DNA of 64,000 nt from Lepidodermella squamata (GCA_047495785.1 JBLDXI010000055.1:1550001-1614000), one strand, 5' to 3'. Positions 10,601-23,014 are shown, numbered from the stretch's first letter. Notes: generated from the letters alone by a model not told the origin. Numbers and translations: made by a program.

Positions 10601-13600
10601 CGGCTTGACGAAGGTAGCAGGGAAGATGCCTTGCCGGCCGTTGAGCTGACCTGTCCACCACTCACCGTCACGAGTGACGACCTGGATGATATCACCCTGA
10701 TTGAAGTTCAAGTCACCAGATTCGGGCGACTCGTAGTTGTACAGCGCTACACACAGGTCGCCGTTATTCTGCGGCGCGGCCTTTGCGCTGGAAAACGAGG
10801 CGTTAGCGAAATCAGCAGGCTGAGCTGACGGGACGGCAGCGGCAGGAAGGACCGAAGGGCTGAACGCATCCGGCTCAGTCTCGAGCCGTTGGATGTAGTT
10901 TTCAGGCACCATGCCCCACCGCCCGTCGATTTCACCGTACACCCAGCCAGGCTCGGCAGTGCTTTGATCGGCAGGCACGTTTATCACGTCACCCTCTACC
11001 AAGTTCAACTCGTCCTCGTTTCGAGCAACAAAGTTGTAAATCACGCGATACCGAGTAGTAGAAGCTGTTAGTTTGAAAAATTCATGTTAGAAAATGTGAA
11101 ATTCAGAAAAAACATCAAATTCGACATCTAACAAGTAACATAGACTAAAAAACAGGGAAGCAAACATTTAGCGTGAGGTGCAGTGAAGGAGCCGGAAAAC
11201 GAATTATTTCCATTCGATTTCGACGCAGGCGAGCTGGTTCCAAAAGCATCGAAAGCAGCATGGTGACCATTGCCGTTAACGTGATACCCATTGCCATTTG
11301 TTTTCGTAGCACTAGCCCAACCGTTACCGTTACTTTTCGACGAGGTATCAAACGCCGAATCGAAAGCATCGTGCGCTTTAGCAACTGACGACGCACTGAA
11401 TGCGCCAAACGCGTCCCATTTATCAGCAGGGTTGCTGCTGTTGTTTAAAACAGGTGCAGCAGTCGTTGCAGATGAAGGGAAAGCGGCTGCGAACGGGTCA
11501 ACCGGGGGCGATGAAATTGCTGGTTTGGTATTGTTCAGCGACAGGGAACCGAAAGCAGCTAACGTGAAAATTAAGGTGGAAACACAACACAACATAAATT
11601 TTACATCACGAAACGAAACAGACGAAACGGATGACAAGACTAGGTACAATTTCGTTAATAAACTGACCTCCAAGAGCAGATCCTGATTCCTCCCTGAGAA
11701 AAATAATAATTTAAATATTTGAGGAGGATTCTTTAATCAATGTAACTACCATCCATTTGTGAGTGATTGCTGTTTCGGCATCGATACTGATTTTTTCGAT
11801 CGATATCTCGCACGTCGCTCACTGACGGCTTGCCGGGCGCTTTCGACGTTGGCTTCTGCGGCTTGAACGCTGCTTTTAACCTCTTCTAGGGTCGACCGCG
11901 CGGAGTTGAGATTGGCTTGTCGCGACGCAGCCGCCTCAGCCATCTGATCAATTTCACTTTTAAGGCGGTCCAAGGCATTTTGCCGCTGCGATAATTGCTG
12001 CCGCAGTTGGTTCATCTCATCGGCAATCGGGTCACCCAACGTCATTTGCTGATACCGCGCACGCATCTGATCCCTCTCCACGTGGACTTTTGAGTACTCC
12101 GCATTTGCTTCCTGTTTACGGTAAAAATAATCAATACTATACAAACTTATGGCTGAGTGGGCGTTGAACTGACCATATATTGGCCTTTCATGGATTCAAT
12201 TCCTTGGATTTTTAGGTCTCGCGTTTGTTTCATCGCGTCAATCGCAGCTGTCACCATTGCAATATTTTCCTTCAAACGCGAGACTTTTTCATTCAATTCC
12301 GTCTGCTTCGACTCGACTGAACTTTTCTCGAATTTCAAATCGGTGATTCGAGAACGACGTAGTTCTAGCTGGTTCTTCTCGCGTTGTTTCTCCTGATTGA
12401 GTTGCTCTCGCCTTTGCCTCTCCCATTCAGCCTGTCTTTGCCGCTCGAGTTGTAACCGAGCCGCTTCTCGTTGTTCAATCGCCTTATTTCGTTGTTCTTG
12501 ACGCTCTCTTTCAAGAGCTTGTTGTCTTTCGAGTTGCTTTTGCAATTCCTCCTGTCGTTTCCTTTCAGCTTCAAGACGCTGCTGTTCGCGTTTCTCCGCC
12601 TCAGCTCGCTCAGCTGCTAAACGAGCATCCTCTTCCGCCTTCAATTGCTCCTGTAACATAAGACGCCGCCTCTCCAATTCAGCCTCGCCTTTTTTGAAAT
12701 TCTCCTGTCGTTTGTCCTCAAAAGATTTTGCCTCCTCGAGTTCAGCCGCCTTAAACGCGTTAGCATCGATAATAGAAGACGAGCCTGATAGCGTTTGCCC
12801 TGACACTGCAGGCGCTACAGAAGTAGGCGGTGAAATTACAGGTGCTACCAACATCGCAGGAGGCAGTTGCGCCGGAAGGGGTTGGCCTGTTCTGGCTATT
12901 TCCGACAGATACATCGCGACGCAGAATTCATTTTTACTCAAATTCCCATCACAATCCGCGTCAGATAAGTTCCAGATTTGCGCGAGTAAATTAGTCTGAA
13001 GTCCTGATTGCATGAGGACGTTGCGAGCCTCAGCACCGGTCAAAAATCCCTTCTTTTGCACATCGTATTGAGTCATCAGTTGGGCGTATTTTTGCCAGGT
13101 TGCGGGGGGAATTCCGTTGGCAAGGCCTCCAACTGTTCCATAAGGCAGCGAGGTCACGACAGGGGAAGCTACCGAGCTAGTTTGCACGGTTCCATATGTC
13201 GGGGTCGGCACGGCCGGGCGGAGGGGTAAGGCAGCATATGAACTGACAATCGGCGCTTGTGGCACTTGGCCGTACATGGGAGCTTGGGCTAAATAAACAA
13301 AATTTGCATTTAAAATCGAACTCAACTTGATATCACATGTTCAGGAATTTTCTAGAAATTCGACAATAACTAACAAAATACATGACGTGAACTAAAGGAG
13401 GAAAAGCAAAATTACCACGAGGTAAAGTATTAGAAAAAGAGGATCCACCAACGACACCTAAACCATCAAAAGCCGAGGCGAACGAATTCTGCATCGGTGG
13501 TACAGCGGGGCGCATCGGCAGTGTCCCGTAGGCAGCAGGCGGTGACGCCATAACAGAAGGTGTGATTTGGTCTGAAGAAATACGATAATGCAAAACGTAA

Positions 13601-14465
13601 ACAAAAAGCCACGAAACAAAAAACGACAACAAGATGAGAAAAAAATAGAAAACAGAATTCACAAGACAACATACACATAGGTCTAGCAACCATACTTGAA
13701 CCGCCATTAGCAGACGCATCGCGCTTGAGGGATTCGGGGAGTATCGAGGGTAATTCTCGGCCTTGTAATTTCGATTTGATGAAAAACATAGCGATCGAGA
13801 ACTCGCGAGCATCGAGCCTTCCATCTTTGTTGATATCCGACAGCTCCCAAATTTGCCCCAGCACCATAGGTGGGAGACCGGACTTGAGAAAAAAGCCTCG
13901 GGCAGCATCGCCAGTTAGAAAGCCATTTGCAGGGTTGAGTTGCATGAATTGTGCATCGTGTTTTGCCCTTTCGTCTGGAGTGATGACCCACTCACCAGCT
14001 GAAATTAGCACGGAGATAAACAATAATCAACAAAATCAATTAAGCTTATTATGAAGTTATCGTTTCATCAACACATAGTGCGTGCGCGCGAAGTCATAAA
14101 CATCCGAATGTATGAAAAATTGATCGGCGCACTCGCTAAATCGATATTTCTACTAAGACTTTCGCTATACGATGTGTCACAGCTTTAAAATCGCACATAA
14201 AACAGCGAAACGCCGGTCCACTACGCGATATTTCGGAACATGCTTGAGAACAGCTCGCCAATGAATACTAATGAAGTGCAGCTTTTCGATTTCTCAACAT
14301 GGCAGTTATTGTTGTCATTATTGCAGCTCTTATAAATATAATAAGAGAAGTGAGACGAAAATATCGCAATGTGGTTATATCAGAAAGCCCTCTGTTTTGA
14401 ATAAGTCGGAGAGACCAACAGCTTCAAATGCCAGTGAGTAAACACCACGTACCTGAGACGTTCAT
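4662..14465 (-). CDS. ITSN1: Intersectin, long form (EH-EH-coiled coil-4xSH3-DH-PH-C2), multi-exon
   Basis: Two EH domains (13700-14000; 12880-13100), a KELRQ-rich coiled coil, SH3s at ~10890-11060, 10600-10755, 9320-9510 and 9040-9200, DH ([30 protein letters not shown]), PH and C2. The start exon is MNVS at 14465. Confidence 0.92.
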
Positions 14466-14660
14466 AGTGGCCCAATATCACTGCCAGTCAACGATGAAAA
14501 ATTCAAATATATAAAAATCTAAAACAAAACAAACGCGTGAATGAGCTCGAAGTTGCGTAATTTGGAAGCCATTCATTCTTTTTACTCCACATCTTTCTTT
14601 GTAAACCTATATTTTTAGACTGCCCATCTTTCTCGAAACTCAACGTCAAAATATTGGGTT

Positions 14661-15765
14661 TCACACAGCAGCGGAAACGGCGACAGCAGCACCACCCTTG
14701 GAGGCAATACGACGATCGCGCTCCTCGGCAATCGACAATTTAACACCCTTGCCGCGGGGTAGAGACACGAGCGACTTGTTGCCGCGACCGATGATGAAGA
14801 CGTTATTGACACGGGTAGCGAAGGTGTGACCGAGAGAATCCTTAACGTGGACAATTTCGAAAGATCCCGGGTGCTTTTCACGGCTTTGGATGACACCAAC
14901 ACGACCAATGTTACGACCACCAGTGATCATGCACAAGTTGTTCTGTTCGAACTTAACGAAGTCCTGGATCTTTCCAGTGGCAATGTTGTAAACGATGGTG
15001 TCGTTACGCTTGATAAGAGGGTCGGGGTAACGAATGGTGCGACCATCGAAGGTAACAATGAAAGGAATGCCCTTCGGTCCGACCATCACGTGCTTGACCT
15101 TGCACAGCTTGAACTGTTAAATAGCGAAACTACTGTTATAGTAACTTTATCGTTGGTGCAGCTAACAAACCTTAGCTTCATCGTTATCAACACGATGCAC
15201 AACAAATCGACCCTTGTTGTCGTAAAGCATGCGGAAGTTCTCGCCGGTCTTCTCGATGGTGAGGATGTCTAAAATGTAAAACGCATTTTGCAGAGAAACA
15301 CAGCAGAAAAGTGGTTTCCATATCAATTAACGACGTTTAATTAAATATGGGCCAATTTTTGACTAGTAGAATCAATAAAATCCGACGCTACCAGCTTCGA
15401 TATAGCCGCTAAGCTAAAAACGAGAGTTATGTGCTACTTACCCATGAAGCCGACGGGATACTTGTGATCGCTGCGGATCTTGCCGTCGATCTTGATCAAC
15501 CGCTGCTTAACGATCTTCTTGCATTCAACATAGGTGAGCGCATACTTCAGACGGTTTCGGAGGAAAACCATGAGAGGCATGCATTCACGCATCTTGTGAG
15601 GGCCAGTGCTAGGACGAGGAGCCTATGAATCGCGACATGCATTCAGTTTGAACAAACAGCATTTATATCGTAACGACTTACAAAGACACCAGAGAGTTTG
15701 TCCAACATCCAAGACTTCGGGGCGCATACGCGCTTTAAATGATGCTTCGGTCCACGGCGACCCAT
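14661..15765 (-). CDS. RPS4: 40S ribosomal protein S4 (eS4), 4 coding exons
   Basis: [63 protein letters not shown]. Confidence 0.97.
15350..15407 (-). ncRNA. Intronic H/ACA-type snoRNA hairpin (RPS4 intron), predicted guide for the 28S pseudouridine equivalent to yeast 25S U2865 (snR46/SNORA16-like)
   Basis: Hairpin with lower stem GGCUA/UGGCC, upper stem CUGGUAG/CUACUAG and pocket strands UAUCGAAG / UCAAAAA. These are complementary to conserved 28S UUUUUGA-[U]C-CUUCGAUG. An AUA box lies 14 nt after the pocket top. Confidence 0.72.
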
Positions 15766-16053
15766 GTTTGAGACTTAAATAGTGCCTATTAACACAAAAT
15801 ACTGAATTATAACTTAGGATAAGCTAGAAACTAGACGACCGAAAACAGATGAAATCTAAATAGAAAGGGTTACTGAAGCAGTATCATTCTCTAAAAAAAC
15901 CAGAAATTATCCGCGGTGGCGATGTTCCAGTGTTACAGGTGTTGCATGCTCCGACCATACCTGAAAAATGTTAAGTGCACTAGTATTGAAACATAATGAG
16001 ACAGAAAGTTACATTAGATTTCTAATCATTAAATGACACATCAGAATATTATA

Positions 16054-16110
16054 GGCCAATTTTTGACTAATAGTGTCACGATAACTGACGCTAACAGCTT
16101 CGATATAGCC
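16054..16110 (-). ncRNA. Second copy of the same H/ACA-type guide hairpin, in an intron between apparently non-coding exons upstream of RPS4
   Basis: The pocket strands are identical, the apical stem differs but still pairs (GUCA/UGAC), and AUAAUA sits 14 nt after the pocket. It lies in a GT-AG intron at ~15962-16152. Confidence 0.72.
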
Positions 16111-17142
16111 ACCCTACTTCGCTAAAAACTGATTTGACCCCTGAATACTCACCTGTGAATCACATAATTTGCATTACGCCACCGCGAACGGGACAGCAGA
16201 AATCTGCATCAATCAGCTTGAAGCATGGGAGCAAGAAACTTATCAGCCACGCAAAGCCGCAGGGTCTCCAGAACTTATCGTAGAAGTTTAAGAGAAAACT
16301 TGAGCGGCGTGACTTGTGAGGTCATCAATCAACCGAAAACACCACACGTCCAGCGCGCCGAACGCGGCGAAATTGATAACTTTCATCTGATTTCAACTTA
16401 TATAATTATAAAATTATACACAACGTATTTGCATATTATTTGAACTATAAATAGTCGAGTACAAAATTTAATTTTAGAAATTGGTGCTTGCAAGGTTTTT
16501 CAAGCGGGGCAACTTTTTTCAAAATCTAGTTGTCCCTCGCAGATTTTTACCTTGTGTACTCTGCCTCAATCAGTCTCAAGCTTCTAAATAAAGAGGTTAT
16601 TATCTCCTGGCGCTTGCTGCCAAATTTTATCTTCGCAATCATCACATTCTCTGTAAACAGCAGTTTTTGCAGATACTGAAAATGATTTCCAACCGCGGGA
16701 AAGACAGAATGTCTAATGGGCGTATTCCGCCCAGTTTGATCCTTGGGGTGACATCGATATCCAGAGAACGCAGGGCATGCGTGCCGTTACTGTATGTTCT
16801 TGATGATTAATCTGTTTTACTTGAGTTTTTGTTACCACGCTTGTGAGTTTAGAGCAAAAGCGAAAACGAATCCGGAAGCAAGATGATGCTTGATACTTAT
16901 AATCAGTAACTAATTTGTTGAGCGTACTTCTGGTAAGATTTTAGCCACATTTTATGTATGCTTACCATCCCATGGCACTTTTCAAGGTGATTTGCATTGT
17001 ATCGCTCCGAAATTTTCTTCTAATCGAGCGCATTATTTTCAGCAGAAATACGAACTTGTATGTTTTATTTTAGATTTGACTCTTCATTTGCTCTAGGTGC
17101 TTTTGTAAAACTTCTTGGCTCCTGTTTTTAACATTTCAGAAA

Positions 17143-18147
17143 ATGTCTGCAACTGATCAAATAAGAGCTCAGCTTGCAGAGTTGATGGGCTCATCGTTTC
17201 TGGATGCGGATGACAAGGGGAAAATTCGATTCGATGATTTGTCTGTATGCAAGCCGTTTTTGCTTTCATGTTGTCCGCATGAAATTTTGACCAGCACAAA
17301 GCTTGACATTGGAGAATGTCCGAAAATGCACGAACTGGCATTGAGAGCTGATTATGAGGCAGCTGCCAAGGAACGCGAGTACGATTACGAGCTCGATGCC
17401 TACGACTCACTTAAGCGTGTCATTGATGATTGTGACAGAAGAGTTGAGAATGGCCGGAGAAAGGTCAAGGAAATGCAAGCAGCTGAGGAAAACACTGCCG
17501 AAACCCAAGTTCTTGTTGACAGAATGCACGAATTGGGAGAACAGATCGGTACTAAGTTGGCGAAGGCTGAACAGCTCGGAATGGAGGGACAAGTTGCAGA
17601 CTCATTGAAACTAATGGAAGATGTTGAGTTACTGAAACAAGAGCGAAACCAAGTTGAGATGCAATATAAATCTGCGATTCCGGCAACTGCTTATCAGCAA
17701 CAGAAACTTCGAGTTTGTGAAGTTTGTTCTGCTTTTCTCGGTATTCATGACAACGACAGACGTTTGGCTGACCATTTTGGTGGGAGGTTGCATCTAGGAT
17801 TTATTAGAATGCGCGAAAAGCTGGAGGATTTGCGAGTTATTGTTGCTCAGAAGCGAGAGAAACGCGAGGCTTCTCGAGAAGACAGACGCCGGTCTGATCG
17901 TGAAAAAGAGCGAGAACGATCTCCTAAATCTTCCCGCCGTAGTAGCCGTAGCAGCAGTCGCGGACGAGATAGAGACCGTGACCGTAAGGAGCGTGATCGC
18001 GACCGTCGGAGGTCTCGTAGCAGGTCACGTTCACGAAGCCGCAGGGACCGTTCACGCTCTCGTGATCGCAAGTCGTCGTCATCAAGTAGGAAGCGATCAA
18101 AGCACTCGCGCCGATCGCGTTCCCGGTCCAGAACCCGCTCGCCTTAA
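17143..18147 (+). CDS. LUC7L: LUC7-like U1 snRNP-associated protein (LUC7L/LUC7L2 type)
   Basis: ZnF1 VCKPFLLSCCPHEIL..ECPKMH, ZnF2 VCEVCSAFL..DHFGGRLH and an RS-rich tail. Confidence 0.93.
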   Translation: MSATDQIRAQLAELMGSSFLDADDKGKIRFDDLSVCKPFLLSCCPHEILTSTKLDIGECPKMHELALRADYEAAAKEREYDYELDAYDSLKRVIDDCDRRVENGRRKVKEMQAAEENTAETQVLVDRMHELGEQIGTKLAKAEQLGMEGQVADSLKLMEDVELLKQERNQVEMQYKSAIPATAYQQQKLRVCEVCSAFLGIHDNDRRLADHFGGRLHLGFIRMREKLEDLRVIVAQKREKREASREDRRRSDREKERERSPKSSRRSSRSSSRGRDRDRDRKERDRDRRRSRSRSRSRSRRDRSRSRDRKSSSSSRKRSKHSRRSRSRSRTRSP

Positions 18148-18548
18148 ATCGAAGACTTTCATTCACGCACTACATAATTATTGCCTTCGCTGCTACATCA
18201 TTGTTTTGTAAAAAAAAATCTTTCTGAGCCAACTATTCCGGACAATTCTTCGCCGATGCACTTCTGTTCTGAATAAAGCAACATCGAACTAACTCTCATA
18301 TAAATACTACAGGCGCGGCGGCTCGCGTTTGTTGATGAAAAATGTGGTAATAATTGTGAAACCGGAAGAAAGTAGTAGTTGATTTCTGTTTGAATAGTCT
18401 GAACACTGTTCTGCCTTGCAGCAATATTAGCTGTACGTCATATTATCTTATTATAATTAATGTCTGGTTGTAAAATGAGTAAAGGTGGTATGAAGTTCTA
18501 TAATGTTTTTGTTATCATTTTTAGATACTTATTTAATAATTAGACATA

Positions 18549-19436
18549 ATGAATGCGCCAGTTCCGACTGGCTTTGTCCCTCCTTCTCATCCTCCGCCGT
18601 TTGCAATTCCACCACCTATCGTCTACCCGCCACCACCTCCGGTATTAAAAGATGGCAAACCACTGCCGACTCCGCCGTTTTCGGTGCCTCCGCCTGGTTT
18701 CACCTTCCCACCGCCGACTTCAATGCCCCCGCCGATGATGCTTCATCCCAGCTCTTTACCTCTACCTCCCATGCCCTCGAGTTTCCCGATGCCGCCACCT
18801 GCAGTCGATTTCCCTCACATGTATGGAAATGATATTTTGGAAAAATTGAAAGCGAATGGGACATTTGACAAACTCAGGCGAGATTGCATCGCTGACATCG
18901 ATACAAAACCAGCATTCCAGAATTTGTTAAACAGAGTGGAAAAACGGACCACGGAATGGCTGGACAATCGCGGCTGGCCTCCCGGGGAATCGAAGGCGCA
19001 GTTAAGGGAGGCTCTCCGCGTAGAACTAATGGGAACTCAAGGATCTCCTTCGTCGTTGAGCGACGGCGTCGAGCGGGCACTGGACCAGGCTCTGAACGCA
19101 AACGCCATTTCTCGACTGCTCGGGCCGGCGGTTGAATCCGCGGTCGCCGAAGCGCTTTGTCTTTCATTCAGCGGCGGCAATAAACAAAGTGCGGAGCAGC
19201 ACTTGTATTTTGCCGATTTTATGCCGAAAGTTCTCGCCAATGCTGCTCAATCTTCGCCGTTTTCGTCGCCGACAAAACCGACGAGTAGAAATGAGCCGCC
19301 GAAACAGCAATCATCCCCGCAAAACCATCGCAGGGAGCCATCTAGTAGTGACTCTTCAAGGCGGAATAATCATAGCAATCAACATCATCGCTCTTCCGAT
19401 TCAAAATCATCGGAGTCGCACCACCGACGTCATTGA
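18549..19436 (+). CDS. BOD1: BOD1/Shg1-family protein with Pro-rich N-terminus
   Basis: ILEKLKANGTFDKLRRDCIADIDTKPAFQNLLNRVE is the BOD1/COMPASS-Shg1 signature. Confidence 0.85.
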   Translation: MNAPVPTGFVPPSHPPPFAIPPPIVYPPPPPVLKDGKPLPTPPFSVPPPGFTFPPPTSMPPPMMLHPSSLPLPPMPSSFPMPPPAVDFPHMYGNDILEKLKANGTFDKLRRDCIADIDTKPAFQNLLNRVEKRTTEWLDNRGWPPGESKAQLREALRVELMGTQGSPSSLSDGVERALDQALNANAISRLLGPAVESAVAEALCLSFSGGNKQSAEQHLYFADFMPKVLANAAQSSPFSSPTKPTSRNEPPKQQSSPQNHRREPSSSDSSRRNNHSNQHHRSSDSKSSESHHRRH

Positions 19437-19555
19437 TGATACATAATATTGTAATCTTTTTACGCTCTTTTTATTAAATAAATGAACAAATCACGGAATG
19501 AATGCTGAAATCCATTTAACTTTTTTTCTTATTTAATTTCTTAGGTTTTATTGAA

Positions 19556-21051
19556 ATGAATGAGTTCAAACCTGGACAAGAAGTACTGGCTACATTTGAT
19601 TTCATCGGCAAAACGCCCCACGATCTATCATTTCAAAAAGGCGATATTTTAACCATAGTCAACGCAACGAGTGATCCGAATTATTTACTGGCGAAGAAAT
19701 TTGGCGTTCGAAATCCGGGTATTATTCCAGTTTCTTATATCATCAAACGAGGGACAGGCGACATGACTCACAATCACCATCATAGCCACTCGCATCAGAA
19801 AGAACTGATAGCGAAATCGACGGCGTTATCGTGGTTTCATGGCAAAATCTCGCGGGAAGTTTCAGAGCAGCTACTTCTATCTTCCCACCCGCTTGAAGAC
19901 GGCGTCTTTCTTGTCCGCGATTCGACGAATTACCCCGGAGATTTCACACTATCGGTTCTATGCAATTCAAAAATCGAACATTATCGAATTATTGTGAGCA
20001 ACGATAAGCGGTACACAATCGATGAGGAAAGTTGGTTCGATTCACTGGGTAGTCTTATCGATCACTACCTTAAAGATGCAGACGGTTTATGCTGTACCCT
20101 ATTACGAGGCGTGAAGAGGAAGTCACCGCAAAATGGCAATGGAAATATGAAAATTTCACCCGACTTCGAACAGCGGAAAAAAGTTGTCGATGAATTACCT
20201 CCCCATAATTGGCTGATAAACATGGATGACGTTCAATTATTCGAGTTGATTGGCCAGGGTGAATTTGCTGGGGTAAAGCGCGGGACTTATCTCGGTAACG
20301 CCGTTGCGGTGAAAACTGTGAAAGACCCATTGGCAGCTCAGCAGTTATTGGCAGAGGCAAAAATTATGATAGGGCTCAAACATCAAAATTTGGTGCAATT
20401 GATCGGGTACGGTTATCGCGACTCGACAACTTACATAGTGACAGAATACCTGCCGAAGGGGAATCTCGTCGATTATCTGCGGTCACGTGGTCGTCAAGCG
20501 ATTTCACGCCGCGACCAGCTCAATTTCGCTTATGATATTTGCTCGGCCATGACATATCTAGAGAGCAAGCGAATTGTCCACCGCGATCTGGCGGCGAGAA
20601 ATGTTCTACTCGCCGATGACCTCACGGCGAAAGTGAGTATTTTTCCGTATTATATCCTGCTTAATTTATTATATTTTTTCCCTAGGTTTCTGATTTTGGT
20701 CTTGCCAGCGCAATGGGTGCTGCATCGTCTGGTAGCATGAAATTTCCGATAAAGTGGACGGCCCCTGAGTGTCTTGAGGAGCCGAATCGATTCGGCAACA
20801 AATCTGACGTTTGGTCGTTTGGTGTGTTACTGTGGGAAATCTACAGCTTCGGCAGAGTGCCTTATCCACGCATCCCTCTCGATGACGTTGTTCGTTTCGT
20901 ATCAGATGGCTATCGGATGGAAGCCCCCGAGGGATGCCCGGCCGACTCTTACGAGCTGATGAAAGCTTGCTGGCGGAGAAATCCGGACGAGCGGCCGTCG
21001 TTTGCAGAAATTCTGAAAAAACTCGATTCACAAAGAGCCGTTCTTGTTTGA
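19556..21051 (+). CDS. CSK: C-terminal Src kinase (SH3-SH2-tyrosine kinase), 1 intron at ~20633-20686
   Basis: SH3, SH2 (WFHGKISRE, FLVRDSTNYPGDFTL), HRDLAARN, DFG and FPIKWTAPE. There is no activation-loop Tyr and no C-terminal regulatory tail. Confidence 0.93.
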
Positions 21052-23014
21052 TACCTTTTAACACCCGCCGACATGGTAGATTCTGCCTGTTAATTACGGG
21101 CTACCTACTTTTTGTTATTTGCAGCAACAAATTTACTAACCCTGGTTTTGGTTGTGAGCGCGTTTTATTGTTCCTTCAATTAAATGGTTGTTGAAGTGTG
21201 CATAAATATATAGAGTTATTTATGATGTACTATAGCGGCTAGAGTAAATATTTTCCTCGGGAACTTGGCGGTGTTAACACGCAGTCTTCCTGCGATGCCT
21301 TTTTGTTCCACTGTTAACTCTTACTATTCCTACTCCTACTCTTCCATTGTTACACGAAACTATGCATGACATTCATTCATTCATTCATTCTCTGCGAATC
21401 CGTTCCGTCCCGCGGGTGTTTGTGTTGTACTGCTATTTATTACATGCAACACCTAATTTACGTGTTCCAACATTCGCCGCCGCCTCATGGTGTGTCCTCT
21501 CTGGTGGTTTTTTTCTTTCGCGGTTTGTCACCCCCTGAGTTTTTACTAAACTTTCATTCATCATCGCGTGTTTTTCGTTTTAACAACAACAATGATTTGC
21601 CAACATTTTTTCACTAGTAATTTCAGCGTTACTAGATCCCGGTAGTAGCTTTAGATATTCTTCGCCTTTAAGGTGGCTCGTTTTTGAATGGCGTTTTTAT
21701 TGTTTGTAGCCTCCGTAGTCGTTTTTTTTTGGCTGATAATTATGAAGACGGATTCATCGACCTCGCATTTTGTTCTCGTCACTACTTTCTTGATTTCATT
21801 CAACTTTTTCTAACTTTTGTTTGATGCATTTTACCACACTACTCCTACTCCCTTTTGTTATTTGTTACCTACCAATTATTACACTGCGGCATTTATTGTT
21901 GAAGAACGGCGCATTTCTGTGAGTTCTGATAAATCGACTTTTCATCCTTCATGGTTGAATGAGGTGCTCGACGCGTTTCGGCGTATAGATAATATATATA
22001 TAATATAATATAATATATTTATTGTACCGTGGGTTCTGGCATTTTTCCATTTTCACCTGCTCATCAGAAACCGTGTCTATAAAACCGAATCGTGCGTACT
22101 ACTTGAGAAAATTCATATATGTGTTATACCATTTTATTCCAGGTCTCATGTTGACGATTTTTCTTTCCCATGACTGCAAAAAAAGGAGTGAGATGATAAT
22201 ATAGTTATATTAAGGCGGATTAATCATGTTGTTATTTGCGTTATTTGCGAGTTGATAAAAGTGTAATGTGTTATCGAAATCCTACCTTTCCTCAGCCTGC
22301 TACTACCAAGTGGGAACATGCTGTTTCCTCTTCCATGTCGATAATTTGTATGTATGCACAACTATGCGAAAAATGCAACTATTTACTCCGATATATGATT
22401 AACATTTAACCTATCAGATACTTTCACCTTAAATATATATGCGAAGATATGTCATGGCAATCAGTTATTTAGTAAAAATGTTGATTTTTCATATCGGGCA
22501 GTTGATCAACCGTTTTACCTAAATAGAGCTATACCTGTATCTCAAATTGATTACTTCCTATGTTGTTGTATCAATTATTTACATTTTGGACAAGAAAAAA
22601 ACAATATCACAATGCGAATTTATATCAAGGCAAACAAATGCATTTATTCGGAAACTAATTATTATTGATGACGGCAACATTGTTCTGCGACAACATCGCG
22701 TGCTTATATTCTCTTGAGCTTTTGTATTGTTGTCATTGTTATTTTTGTTTGCGAGCGCCAGAACGAGTTCCACCGCAATCCAATCGATTCTATATATAGC
22801 ATATATTTACTTCTCTATTGAAGCGCGTTAGTATCGACGCTTATGATGATGATGACGATGATGAAACAAAGCAGCTGGAACCGTGACGCACGCTTTTCAA
22901 AATAATAAAAAGTTCTCAACAACGTTTCTGATCAGTTTTTTGAATGTTGACTTGGTTGACTTGGAAAATTTGAAGCGGAAAGACGAAAATTGCAATTTTA
23001 TTTGTGGAAAATAG

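Noticed and set aside
15352-15362. Sm-site-like AATTTTTG on the + strand of both hairpin copies (SL/SmY RNA idea)
   Set aside because: G-U pairs only work on the minus strand, where the sequence is explained as the 28S-complementary guide strand.
16145-16195. U1 snRNA-like text (ATACTCACCTG...ATAATTTG)
   Set aside because: It is the reverse complement of a 5' splice site. It is far too short and lacks the U1 stem-loops.
16793-16925. C/D box snoRNA upstream of LUC7L (TGATGA)
   Set aside because: No properly placed CTGA D box, terminal stem or rRNA antisense element was found.
17847-18166. Antisense and alternative-frame ORFs over LUC7L and other genes
   Set aside because: These are shadow ORFs of low-complexity or GC-rich coding exons.
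21347-22773. Short hydrophobic ORFs downstream of CSK
   Set aside because: AT/T-rich 3'UTR-like sequence of the convergent CSK and ADAM10 genes.
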